A DNA stretch of 64,000 nt. Source: an uncultured Candidatus Saccharibacteria bacterium (GTDB taxonomy: Bacteria > Patescibacteriota > Minisyncoccia > Phycocordibacterales > CAIZLB01). Below are positions 28,666 through 38,249 of this stretch, one piece after another. The first letter of the stretch is position 1; each line of letters opens with the position of its first letter. Where the stretch lies: positions 5,647 through 69,646 of the forward strand of contig CAZUJN010000003.1 of assembly GCA_964620475.1 (NCBI GenBank), read 5' to 3'. A program made the position numbers and the translations under genes. Under the pieces are notes generated by a model that worked only from the letters and a program-made list of their open reading frames with translations, was not told the DNA's origin and searched no databases.

Positions 28666-29349
28666 TTATTTCCCCCAACTCTCTGCCACCTCATCCAAAT
28701 CATCAGCTCTAAAAGTATCATTATAAACTTTATGCAGCGGTGGTCGCATCAAATAAACCCTTCTATTTTTAGTATCAAATAAAACATTGTCATATAGATA
28801 ACCAACTGATTTTGGACCGACCACAACAGGCTTAAAACCAGAAACTTCTTCTATTTGCTGTGATAATTTTGATACTGTGTCTGTATATAAATAGCTAACC
28901 CCATCATCAGTATTACCACCAACTAAGATTATATCTATACTCCCATCTACACTTCTAGATTTTAGTTCCTCTAAACGTCTTTTTATATCATTATCAAAAT
29001 TTTTATTTTTATTTATAGTGAAACCGTCCTGATGAGTTAAAAACGATATATTGTTACCGGTATCTTTATCAGCACCAACAGCTATCACACTAGTACAACT
29101 ATATAATTCTGTTGTATATTTATTATCTTGACTTATATTTGATATAACATAACCTCTTTCATCATCTTGAAGAGAACTTCCTCCCTCAGACTCATTTTTA
29201 TAATAATCCACACGTTCTGCCATACCCATCAAAGAATCATCATAATGATCTACATCATCAACACATATCATAATAGATTCAAAACCTGAAGCTAAATGCT
29301 CAGGTTTTAAATTATTGATTCTTTTTTCTATAGGGTTTGGATTTTCCAT
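28666..29349 (-). CDS. Hypothetical protein with CheD/CNF1-like deamidase motifs
   Basis: TTELYSCTSVIAVG, FLTH and IDIILVGG. Confidence 0.55.
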   Translation of the reverse strand: MENPNPIEKRINNLKPEHLASGFESIMICVDDVDHYDDSLMGMAERVDYYKNESEGGSSLQDDERGYVISNISQDNKYTTELYSCTSVIAVGADKDTGNNISFLTHQDGFTINKNKNFDNDIKRRLEELKSRSVDGSIDIILVGGNTDDGVSYLYTDTVSKLSQQIEEVSGFKPVVVGPKSVGYLYDNVLFDTKNRRVYLMRPPLHKVYNDTFRADDLDEVAESWGK

Positions 29350-29350
29350 T

Positions 29351-30040
29351 TTACTTCAACAAAAACCTTAAAGTCGACACAACTCTAATCTTCTTATATT
29401 CAGGTGATCCTGGATCTTTATCTGTTATATCAAATACACCTTGATTTCCTCTTGTTACCGGACCAAGACTGGCACGAGATTCTTTAGCGAAACTTTTGGC
29501 TGTATCTTTAGCATTTTTTATACTCTCAGCCAACATCTCTGGTTTAACACTGTTTATATCTGAAAATTCAAAATTAATATTATTTTGATTTAAAGTAACA
29601 CCTCTCTTAACCAAAGTTAAAGTTTCTTTAGATGTTGATTTTACAAGATCAACTTTATTTGTATAAACAGACAATTGATTTGTCGCATTATATCTAAATG
29701 ATGCATCTTTATATGTATCTTGATAAATATTTATCGGAGCAACATTGATTTCACTATCTTCAAATCCTTTTTCCTTTAGAAAAGCTTTTATGGTGTTAAT
29801 ACTTCTTTCTGTATCAGCATATAACCCATCTATATCATTGGACTTTATATCAAAGTTGAGTGTCCATATAGCTGTATCAGCTTTAACGATCTTTTCTGAT
29901 AAACCTTTTACTTCTACATAAGCACCTTGATCAGAAAAAGATTTTGCTGAAACTAAAAATATTAAAGAGAAAAATACTATCACCGCACCTATAATGGTCG
30001 CTAATAATAATGTATTGTTGTTTTTGATTTTATCTAACAT
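29351..30040 (-). CDS. SIMPL (DUF541) domain protein
   Basis: VEVKGLSEKIVKADTAIW, KPEMLAESIKNAK, NQGVFDI and KKIRVVST. Confidence 0.88.
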   Translation of the reverse strand: MLDKIKNNNTLLLATIIGAVIVFFSLIFLVSAKSFSDQGAYVEVKGLSEKIVKADTAIWTLNFDIKSNDIDGLYADTERSINTIKAFLKEKGFEDSEINVAPINIYQDTYKDASFRYNATNQLSVYTNKVDLVKSTSKETLTLVKRGVTLNQNNINFEFSDINSVKPEMLAESIKNAKDTAKSFAKESRASLGPVTRGNQGVFDITDKDPGSPEYKKIRVVSTLRFLLK

Positions 30041-30064
30041 AGATATATTATACACCTCTATATG

Positions 30065-30137
30065 AGCCCCGCACAAGAATCGAACTTGCGACCTGCTCGT
30101 TACGAGTGAGCTGCTCTACCAACTGAGCTAACGGGGC
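30065..30137 (-). tRNA. tRNA-Thr(CGT)
   Basis: gccccgttagctcagttggtagagca...ct-CGT-aa...gttcgatt...gcggggct; no encoded CCA. Confidence 0.93.
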
Positions 30138-30151
30138 ATTTTCTTACAAGA

Positions 30152-30901
30152 TTATCTCATCTTATAGAAAATCTTGTCCATAAATCTAATATCAACATAA
30201 TCCAGAGCATTTAGATTTTCTTCATATTTATTCAAGAAAAAATTCATGTTTCTCATAGTCGTCGTGGCGTTATTAAGTGCCTTAATATCAAAACCATATT
30301 CTGTATTCATGGCCAACTCTTCACCATCTATCAAAACTTTCTTAATCTTATTCTTACTTAAGAATGATACAAAGTCATCTTCTATACACATATTTAAACA
30401 AGGAACTTTATCATAAAAATTCAAACTTTGAGTATTATCTTTTATACCCCAAACCGTAAACACGGCCCCAGTAAATTCAAAACTTTTTTTAAAAAGTATC
30501 CCCTCATCATCAAAGAAGAAACAATTTTGATCGCACCAAACACCGGTTGCTTTTCTGTCTTTAATCTTTATAACTATTTCTTTTTCAAAATTTTTATCTA
30601 TATAAACTTCTTCAACAGATGGATAAGTATTCAATATAAAATTTTTCAATTTCTTCTTTGATAAGAATAATATATGATCATTGGGTATGATAAACAACTG
30701 CTTCTTACTTAAAAAACTATCTATATCAGCCTTTAATTGATTAACATCCGTATGTTTAGCATTTAACACATCGACTTTTTTTATTTTCCAGACATTTGCA
30801 TATATAACCCAAAGAGTGAGAGATAAAACAACTATCGTAAATATTACAGATAGTATTTTATATAAAGTTTTTCCTTTTTTACTTGATGATTTTAACGCCA
30901 T
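30152..30901 (-). CDS. FtsQ/DivIB-like cell division protein
   Basis: Single TM, POTRA-like region, C-terminal YVDIRF. Confidence 0.7.
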   Translation of the reverse strand: MALKSSSKKGKTLYKILSVIFTIVVLSLTLWVIYANVWKIKKVDVLNAKHTDVNQLKADIDSFLSKKQLFIIPNDHILFLSKKKLKNFILNTYPSVEEVYIDKNFEKEIVIKIKDRKATGVWCDQNCFFFDDEGILFKKSFEFTGAVFTVWGIKDNTQSLNFYDKVPCLNMCIEDDFVSFLSKNKIKKVLIDGEELAMNTEYGFDIKALNNATTTMRNMNFFLNKYEENLNALDYVDIRFMDKIFYKMR

Positions 30902-32153
30902 TCATGTATGGAACAAGAACTTCTGGCACTATTATAGAACCATCCTCTTGTTGATTATTTTCTAATATACTAACAAGAACTCTGGGTGTAGCAATAGCTG
31001 TATTATTCAATGAGTGAGCAAATTTTAATTTACCGTCCTCATCTTTATATCGGATATTCAATCTTCTGGTTTGAAAATCATGGAAATATGAAGCTGAATG
31101 TGTCTCTCTATAAGTATTTTGACTTGGAACCCATGCTTCTATATCGTATTTCTTAACATGACCTAAACCTATATCTGCAGTACACATAAGTATAACACGA
31201 TATGGTAGATTTAGTGATTGCATTAAATCTTCTGTATTTTTCAAAAGCTCTTCATGAAAATCAACAGACAAATTATGACTAGCTTCACATAATATAACTT
31301 GTTCAAGTTTGAAAAATTCATGAACACGTATCAAGCCCTTTGTATCCTTACTATGACTTCCGGCCTCTCTACGAAAACATGGAGAAAATGCGATGATCTT
31401 TTTTGGTAATTCTGACTTATCTAGAACCTCACCAGCATAATAACTCATAGTAGCGACTTCACCTGTACCAGCAAGATAATCACCGTCCTGTGTTTTATAT
31501 AAATCATCTTCACCTTGTGGTATATATCCTGTACCTAATAAAGTCTCACGGCGAACTAGAGATGGAACTATCATCGGATTATAACCACGGTTTATAAGAA
31601 AATTCATAGTATATTGCCATAATGCAAATTCAAGTTGAGCTAAAGCACCTTTTAATATATAGCCACGGAAACCTGATATCTTCGCACCTCTTTCAAAATC
31701 AGCAATGTCTAATTTTTCACAAAGTTCTATGTGATTTTTTGGAGTAAATGAAAATTGTGGAATCTCTCCCCATGTACGAAGCTCTTGATTATCATCCTCA
31801 CTCTCACCTTCTGGAACAGACATGTCTGGAATGTTTGGAACCTGCAACATAAGTTCTTGCCAAGTTTTCATCACTTCACCTAACTCCTCCTCTTCTTTTT
31901 TTATCTCACCTTTCAAAACAGTCATCTGTTGTATCAATTCTTCTTTTTGATAATTTGATCCAAGATGTTGTGGATTTGCAATAAAAAGACTCATTTTGTT
32001 TTGCTCAGCCTTTTTGTTTTCAATACTTGTCAATAAAGTTTTTCTTTTATCATCAGCCTCTATCAAGGACTCAACTTCAAAAGAGAATCTCTTTTTTCTA
32101 GCAGCTTCCTTTATAAGATCTTTATGCTCTCTGATGAATTTGATATCTAACAT
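30879..32153 (-). CDS. serS: Serine--tRNA ligase
   Basis: MLDIKFIR, FSPCFRREAGS, GLIRVHEF and AHSLNNTAIA. Confidence 0.97.
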   Translation of the reverse strand: MLDIKFIREHKDLIKEAARKKRFSFEVESLIEADDKRKTLLTSIENKKAEQNKMSLFIANPQHLGSNYQKEELIQQMTVLKGEIKKEEEELGEVMKTWQELMLQVPNIPDMSVPEGESEDDNQELRTWGEIPQFSFTPKNHIELCEKLDIADFERGAKISGFRGYILKGALAQLEFALWQYTMNFLINRGYNPMIVPSLVRRETLLGTGYIPQGEDDLYKTQDGDYLAGTGEVATMSYYAGEVLDKSELPKKIIAFSPCFRREAGSHSKDTKGLIRVHEFFKLEQVILCEASHNLSVDFHEELLKNTEDLMQSLNLPYRVILMCTADIGLGHVKKYDIEAWVPSQNTYRETHSASYFHDFQTRRLNIRYKDEDGKLKFAHSLNNTAIATPRVLVSILENNQQEDGSIIVPEVLVPYMNGVKIIK

Positions 32154-32237
32154 GATTTTATTCTTTATATTTTCTTTATGGTTTTTTTATATAGTCTTTA
32201 TGAGAATATGATAACAGAAAAGCTATGATATTTCTAT

Positions 32238-32939
32238 ATGAATACAATAGAAAATATAGAACAATTAAATGATTTAATCAACAACATACCCGATAAGCCC
32301 TCTAGATTATTTTATGAAGGCAATATCGATTTACTAAAAGATAAACACATATTCGTATGTATAGTTGGTCCCAGAAAGGCCTCCCCTTATGGCATACAAG
32401 TCACAGAGTATATTATAGAGTTCTTAAAAGATTTTAACGTTGTTACAGTTTCAGGAGCTGCATATGGTATAGATGGATTAGTTCACACCTTATCTATTAA
32501 AAACAATATTCCAACCATTGCTATACCTGGCAGTGGTATAAGTGATGATTATTTTTATCCTAGAGCACATCTTGATCTCAAACATGAGATTTTAGATCAT
32601 GGCGGACTTATCATAAATGAATTCGAGCCTGACACCCGTTCAAGTATATGGACTTTTCCTGTTAGAAATAGATTGATGGCCGGCATGTCACATATCACTA
32701 TAGTCATAGAAGCTGAAGAAAAATCAGGCACGCTTATAACAGCTAACTTAGCGACGGATTATAATCGCGAAGTTTTAGCTATACCTGGAAATATATTCTC
32801 TAGAAACTCTCAGGGTACAAATAGTTTGATAGATAAAGGCGCAAAAGTTTTTGTAAATATAGAAACATTGAGAGAAATGATTATGCAGCTTGGGGTTGTG
32901 TACGGGGTTGACGTGGGTAAAAAAGATGTTAATATTTAA
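32238..32939 (+). CDS. dprA: DNA processing protein DprA/Smf (short form)
   Basis: IVGPRKASPYG, VSGAAYGID, FPVRNR and EAEEKSGTLITA. Confidence 0.93.
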   Translation: MNTIENIEQLNDLINNIPDKPSRLFYEGNIDLLKDKHIFVCIVGPRKASPYGIQVTEYIIEFLKDFNVVTVSGAAYGIDGLVHTLSIKNNIPTIAIPGSGISDDYFYPRAHLDLKHEILDHGGLIINEFEPDTRSSIWTFPVRNRLMAGMSHITIVIEAEEKSGTLITANLATDYNREVLAIPGNIFSRNSQGTNSLIDKGAKVFVNIETLREMIMQLGVVYGVDVGKKDVNI

Positions 32940-32940
32940 C

Positions 32941-33049
32941 ATGCAGGCCATGATAGGTCCTGTGGTTCACTGCTGAAAGTCCTCGGTCGTGGCTGGTAAC
33001 CACGACCGAGGCATGCAGACCAGATTCCGTTTTTATACGGGTCTTTTTT
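32941..33049 (+). ncRNA. Candidate structured small RNA 1 (AAAGUCCUCGG...CCGAGGC scaffold)
   Basis: TTGACG(32908)-16-TAATAT promoter; 5' hairpin; long hairpin cctcggtcgtgg/ccacgaccgagg; terminator with T6. Confidence 0.7.
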
Positions 33050-33093
33050 ATTTATATATTTATGATATTGTGAAGTTGTTAAACATTTTCAAC

Positions 33094-33450
33094 ATGAAAC
33101 CACACCTGAATATTGGAGTTATTGGTGGATTATCAACTCTAAGCCGACCACTTTTATCAGAATTAATTCTAGCTGCGGCCGCGAGAGAATTTCCGGATAA
33201 AGAGGTAAAAATCAACTGGATAGAACCCGAAGACCACGAAAAACTTCTTGAGAAAATTTTTCCCGAAGAGAAAGTCCGTCTCGAATACGAAATCACCGGG
33301 GGTATACCAGTGTTCGAAGGACTAGTACCTATCACATCGAAAAACCCACCAGTCCGGTCCAACTTCTATTTTCAAAAACCCAGAAAAAGTCAAAGATTTC
33401 AACAAGACCCAAAGTCCATTAAACTCAAGGCCAAACACCGTAAGCCTTGA
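33094..33450 (+). CDS. Orphan protein (118 aa, start re-assigned to MKPHLN) between the two RNAs
   Basis: A/C-rich leader, basic C-terminus; its stop codon overlaps the -35 of the next unit. Confidence 0.65.
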   Translation: MKPHLNIGVIGGLSTLSRPLLSELILAAAAREFPDKEVKINWIEPEDHEKLLEKIFPEEKVRLEYEITGGIPVFEGLVPITSKNPPVRSNFYFQKPRKSQRFQQDPKSIKLKAKHRKP

Positions 33451-33481
33451 CTTTATGGGTCTGGTGTGATACCATCCTATA

Positions 33482-33602
33482 CGTAAGCGACCCGAGTCAA
33501 CGGCACGGGCGCTTCATGTAAGGGTTAAAAGTCCTCGGACCGGCAAGGGTGTGCACGGTCCGAGGCGACCCCTCACAAAACCTCCATTGGAGGTCTTTTT
33601 TT
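33482..33602 (+). ncRNA. Candidate structured small RNA 2, paralog of 32941-33049
   Basis: TTGACT(33447)-17-TACCAT promoter; 5' hairpin aagcg..cgctt; gggt-taaaagtcctcggaccg...cggtccgaggcg-accc; terminator acctcc/ggaggt with T7. Confidence 0.7.
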
Positions 33603-33661
33603 ATTACCCAAACTTATCCCCAATTTGCAACACTCTATATATATATGTTATGACTATATGC

Positions 33662-35851
33662 ATGAGTAAACATTTAGTCATAGTGGAGTCACCATCAAAG
33701 ATCAAAAAACTAGAAGGGTTCTTGGATAAGGACTATATAGTTATGTCTTCAGTTGGTCATATCAGGGACCTACCTAAGTCAAACAAAAAAGCTATAGATA
33801 TAGAAGGTGGCTTTATTCCCCATTATGAGACCTCAAAAGGCAAAGAGAAGGTTATAAAAGATTTACAAAATGCTTTACATAAAGTTGATGACGTTTACCT
33901 TGCTTCCGATCCGGACCGTGAAGGTGAAGCTATAGCATGGCATCTAAAAGAAGCTTTGGGTCTAAAGAAACCAAAACGTATAACTTACAACGAGATCACC
34001 AAAGAGGCAGTATTAGATGCCATTAAAAACCCTAGAGATATAGATATGAATCTTTTCCGTGCTCAAGAAGCACGTCGTGTCTTGGACCGTTTGGTAGGAT
34101 ATGATTTATCAGGTTTGATTTGGAAAAAGGTTCGTTATGGTTTATCGGCAGGACGTGTTCAATCACCTGCACTTCGTATCATCATGGAACGTGAAAGAGA
34201 GATCAGAGCTTTTATACCAGAAGCATATTATGTTATATATGCAAATCTTTCTACACAAGATAATAAAAAAGAAGTTTTAAAATTTACATGTAATGAAGAA
34301 ATAAAAGATAAAGACAGAGCCGAAGAAATAATCAAGAAATCTGAAAATAAAAAAGATGATTGGTATGTTGTTGATATACAAAGTTCTGAAGTTAAAAGGT
34401 CTGCTCGTCCCCCATTTATTACTTCAACACTTCAACAAACAGCATCAACACGTTTAGGTTTTTCACCTTCTAGAACTATGCGTGCTGCACAAAAACTATA
34501 TGAGCACGGTGCTATAACATATATGAGAACAGATAGTACAAACTTGAGTAAACAAGCTATGGCCCAGATTGCTCAATTTGTGACAAAAAATTATGATGCA
34601 AAATATTTAGAAGTCAAAAACTTTGCTTCAAAAGTTAAAAATGCTCAAGAGGCCCATGAAGCTATTAGACCTTCTGATATTTTCAAAATAACCGCTGGAT
34701 CTACAGATGATGAGAAAAAACTTTATAGATTGATACACAATAGAACTGTTGCCTCTCAGATGTCTGATGCGTTAACTCTACGTACAAAAATAATTACATC
34801 TATCAAAAATTATGAGAAAGAAAATTTTCCAGAGTTCAATCTTAATGGTTCTAGAATAATATTTGACGGTTGGCTAAAAGCCGATCCTGATTCTCAAGGT
34901 GAAGAAGTTGCTGTTCCTAAAATAGACAAAGGTGCGGATCTGAACTTTATAGATATAGAAAATATTGAAAAATTCACTGAGCCGCCAAGTCGTTATACTG
35001 AGGCCGGACTTATTAAAGAACTTGATAAGAGAGGTATAGGACGTCCTTCCACTTTTGCATCCATCATGAGAACCCTCGAAGAAAGAGCTTATGTTGAAAA
35101 GGTTGGTCGTACACTTAAACCAACAGATACAGGAGATGTTGTATCTAGTTTCTTGGAGGAAAATTTTGCTGATTATATTAGTGACTCATTCACATCAGAG
35201 ATGGAAGATAAGCTTGATCTTATATCAAACGGTGAAGCAAAATATCTTGATACATTAAAAGATTTTTATGGACCATTTTCAAAAGATGTAAAATCAAAAT
35301 CAAATACTGCTAAGATTACAAATCTAGGTGATTCTCATTTTAAATGTCCAAAATGTGGAGGAGATATGACTGTTAAATTATCTAAAAATGGTAAATTCTT
35401 ATCTTGTTCCCGTTTTCCAGAATGTGATGGCGCATTAACAATAGACGGTGTTGAAATAAAAGCTGATGAACCTATAGGTGTTGATCCTGAAAGTAAACTT
35501 CCCATATTTGTTAAAACAGGTCGATTCGGTCCTTATGTGCAACTTGGTGAAAAAACTAAGGAAAATAAAAAACCTCGTATGGCTTCAATACCAAAAGAAG
35601 TAGATATATCAAATGTGACAGTTGAGCAAGCATTAACTTACCTTTCATTACCAAGAACACTTGGTATCAATCCCACAAACAATAAAGAGGTTATCGCCAA
35701 TAAAGGACGTTTTGGTCCATACGTTGGATGTGATGGAGACTTTAGATCATTGAAGACTGACGATGTTTATACAGTTACATTAGAACGTGCACTTGAGATC
35801 TTAAATACACCGAAAAAACCGAGAGGGTTTCAGAAGAAAGCGACTGCATAA
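33662..35851 (+). CDS. topA: DNA topoisomerase I (start re-assigned to MSKHLVIVES)
   Basis: LVIVESP, SDPDREGEAI, LSAGRVQS, ITYMRTD, zinc finger and C-terminal repeats. Confidence 0.97.
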   Translation: MSKHLVIVESPSKIKKLEGFLDKDYIVMSSVGHIRDLPKSNKKAIDIEGGFIPHYETSKGKEKVIKDLQNALHKVDDVYLASDPDREGEAIAWHLKEALGLKKPKRITYNEITKEAVLDAIKNPRDIDMNLFRAQEARRVLDRLVGYDLSGLIWKKVRYGLSAGRVQSPALRIIMEREREIRAFIPEAYYVIYANLSTQDNKKEVLKFTCNEEIKDKDRAEEIIKKSENKKDDWYVVDIQSSEVKRSARPPFITSTLQQTASTRLGFSPSRTMRAAQKLYEHGAITYMRTDSTNLSKQAMAQIAQFVTKNYDAKYLEVKNFASKVKNAQEAHEAIRPSDIFKITAGSTDDEKKLYRLIHNRTVASQMSDALTLRTKIITSIKNYEKENFPEFNLNGSRIIFDGWLKADPDSQGEEVAVPKIDKGADLNFIDIENIEKFTEPPSRYTEAGLIKELDKRGIGRPSTFASIMRTLEERAYVEKVGRTLKPTDTGDVVSSFLEENFADYISDSFTSEMEDKLDLISNGEAKYLDTLKDFYGPFSKDVKSKSNTAKITNLGDSHFKCPKCGGDMTVKLSKNGKFLSCSRFPECDGALTIDGVEIKADEPIGVDPESKLPIFVKTGRFGPYVQLGEKTKENKKPRMASIPKEVDISNVTVEQALTYLSLPRTLGINPTNNKEVIANKGRFGPYVGCDGDFRSLKTDDVYTVTLERALEILNTPKKPRGFQKKATA

Positions 35852-35899
35852 TAAAAAATAAGTCATTCTTTTTTGAATGACCTTATTTTTTATAAGATC

Positions 35900-36871
35900 T
35901 TACACAGAGAAATTCATCACACTATATATTTCCTGATCTTCTTCTTTATCCTGTTCAGTGGTTTCAATAGTTATAACATCACCATTTTCATTTACCAAGA
36001 CTTCCGCCCTACTTGTATCGTGTTCTGCATCCAGCTGTTCACTTTGCTCATTTTGAAGTTTATCAAGTATTTTTTTAAGATCCACTAGATCATAATAATC
36101 TATAGTAATCTTTCCACCATGTTCTTTTGTCTCTATATGAACTTTTGTACCTAGAACTTCATTAAATTTATGTTCAAATTCTATTATTTCAGGATTTAAT
36201 TCTTTTTCTTTCTTTCTTGCTCTATCTTTAGCAATACGGCGCGCGATCATTTCTGATTCACGAACATTAAGCTTACGAAGAAGTATGTCTTGAAATAAAG
36301 CCTCTTGTTCTTCTGGTCTATCGCTCAACATCAAGAGTGGACGTGTATGGCCTTCTGTTATCCTCTTTTCACCCAAAGCTTGCAGCATATGATCTGGAAG
36401 ATTTAAAAGTCTCATACTGTTTGTTACATATTCACGACTTTTACCCATCTTCTCAGCCACTTCAGCATGTTTAAAGCCAAACTCTTTTACAAGTTGCTCA
36501 AAAGCCTTAGCTCTATCTATAACATTAAGATCTTCTCTTTGTATATTTTCTATAATAGCGAGCTCAAGTTTTGTCCTTGCATCTTCCTCTTTGGCACGAA
36601 TAATAGCTGGAATTTGAGTCAAATTAGCAAGCTTGGCTGCACGTGTACGACGTTCGCCAGATATGAGTTCATAATGAACAGCCAACCCACCATCTTCCTT
36701 CAAAGTCTCAACACGAGTAACAGTTATAGGCTGAAGTAAACCATACATACGTATAGATTCTGATAAATCTTGAAGTGCAACAGGATCAAAATCCCTTCTG
36801 GGTTGATATGGGTTTGGTTTTATTTTATCTACATCTATCCAAAAGATAGCATCGCTATAGTATTGTGACAT
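35900..36871 (-). CDS. parB: ParB/Spo0J partition protein
   Basis: PNPYQPR, LLQPI, ISGERRTRA and IENIQREDLN. Confidence 0.93.
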   Translation of the reverse strand: MSQYYSDAIFWIDVDKIKPNPYQPRRDFDPVALQDLSESIRMYGLLQPITVTRVETLKEDGGLAVHYELISGERRTRAAKLANLTQIPAIIRAKEEDARTKLELAIIENIQREDLNVIDRAKAFEQLVKEFGFKHAEVAEKMGKSREYVTNSMRLLNLPDHMLQALGEKRITEGHTRPLLMLSDRPEEQEALFQDILLRKLNVRESEMIARRIAKDRARKKEKELNPEIIEFEHKFNEVLGTKVHIETKEHGGKITIDYYDLVDLKKILDKLQNEQSEQLDAEHDTSRAEVLVNENGDVITIETTEQDKEEDQEIYSVMNFSV

Positions 36872-36968
36872 ATGTTTGTATATTAACATATTCTTTTATA
36901 AAATTTTATATTTTCTTTATAAAAAATTTATGTTCGATTATACTTGACAACTTTGATATACTAAAAAC

Positions 36969-37667
36969 ATGACATCATTATTATATATATCTATATTGGC
37001 TTTTTCATCGACATTATTGGGTGGTTATGTGGCATTTAAATACAAAAAATTAATACATATATTCTCTGGATTAACCGCCGGTACATTACTTGGATTAATA
37101 TTCTTAGAAATAATTCCAGAAGTCACAGAATTAAATAATTCTCCATTTATATTATTATCTGTTATATCTGGATTTATTATTTTTCATATATTAGAAAAAA
37201 TATTTTCATTGCACAATCATCATGAGGATGATCATACAGGACATCATCATTTAAATTCTAAGAAAATAGGAGCTTGGGCTTTGATACTGCATTCTATGTT
37301 TGACGGTATAGCCATAGGTTTAGCATATATAATATCGCCTATATTTGGATTAATGATTGCTATTGGAGTTATCGCACATGATTTCTCTGATGGATTTAAT
37401 ACTGTTAGCTTAAGTCATTCTAAGAGATTATTATTTTTAGACGCTGTCGCACCGGTTGTTGGAATATTAATCGGTTTAATATTTGAATTTCCAGATAAAA
37501 TATTGGGTATCGTATTTGGTATATTTGCTGGGGTATTATTATATGTTTCTACGTCAGACATATTACCGGAAGCACATTGTGATAATAAAAAACACATGGC
37601 GCAAAACTTAATAGCCATGATACTTGGGGTACTATACATATCACTAATAGTTTATCTAAGTAAATAA
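36969..37667 (+). CDS. ZIP family metal transporter
   Basis: His-rich loop, HSMFDG and HDFSDG. Confidence 0.9.
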   Translation: MTSLLYISILAFSSTLLGGYVAFKYKKLIHIFSGLTAGTLLGLIFLEIIPEVTELNNSPFILLSVISGFIIFHILEKIFSLHNHHEDDHTGHHHLNSKKIGAWALILHSMFDGIAIGLAYIISPIFGLMIAIGVIAHDFSDGFNTVSLSHSKRLLFLDAVAPVVGILIGLIFEFPDKILGIVFGIFAGVLLYVSTSDILPEAHCDNKKHMAQNLIAMILGVLYISLIVYLSK

Positions 37668-37786
37668 AAAAAATGGGTCGCCACGCTGTCATCACGCGCG
37701 GCAACCCTGTAGGACACCCTTCTTTCCCCCCGGATTTCCCAGATGTCCACGTTTTTTATACTACAACCACCGACCCCCAATGTCAA
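37666..37786 (-). ncRNA. Candidate small RNA gene (about 85-nt transcript, promoter included in the coordinates)
   Basis: TTGACA(37786)-17-TAGTAT; ggacatct...gggtgtcc hairpin; 12-bp hairpin gggttgccgcgc/gcgtggcgaccc followed by T8. Confidence 0.6.
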
Positions 37787-37823
37787 CTTCTCTATACCCT
37801 TTACAAATACTACAATTATATTC

Positions 37824-38249
37824 ATGATTAAATTCATACAAAAAAACATAATAAATATTATATTAATTCAAGTTACTGTGGCTATAATAGGTAGTCTATA
37901 TTTTAGTGATATAAAAGGATATGAACCATGTGTTCTCTGTTGGTATCAAAGAATATGCATGTATGCTTTGTTCCCTATTATAATTATCGCCGGGATAAGA
38001 AAAGAGAAAAAAATATACCAATATATATTACCTATTTCTATATTAGGTTGGATTATAGCCTTGTATCACAATTTACTTTATACAGGTTTTATAAAAATAG
38101 AATTTTGTACTACTGGAATATCATGTACTACAAAATACGTAGAATATCTAGGATTTATAACAATACCTTTTATGTCTTTTTTGGGTTTTACTTTTATAAT
38201 CATACTCGCATTATTAGACAGATATTATTCAATTAAATTAAATAAATAA
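37824..38249 (+). CDS. Disulfide bond formation protein B (BdbC/DsbB family)
   Basis: PCVLCWYQRICMY plus a second Cys pair; start re-assigned. Confidence 0.92.
   Translation: MIKFIQKNIINIILIQVTVAIIGSLYFSDIKGYEPCVLCWYQRICMYALFPIIIIAGIRKEKKIYQYILPISILGWIIALYHNLLYTGFIKIEFCTTGISCTTKYVEYLGFITIPFMSFLGFTFIIILALLDRYYSIKLNK

Noticed and set aside
32941-33602. RNase P, SRP RNA, group II intron domain V or FMN riboswitch identity for the paired RNAs (GAAAGUCC-like words)
   Set aside because: Too short and lacking the other conserved elements of those families by eye; a formal Rfam search is still needed
33551-33661. N-terminal extensions of TopA, and similarly of AlaS, DsbB, SecA, GrpE and the 32989 ORF
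   Set aside because: They run through promoters, terminators or RNA hairpins; a downstream ATG after a -10 box fits family starts
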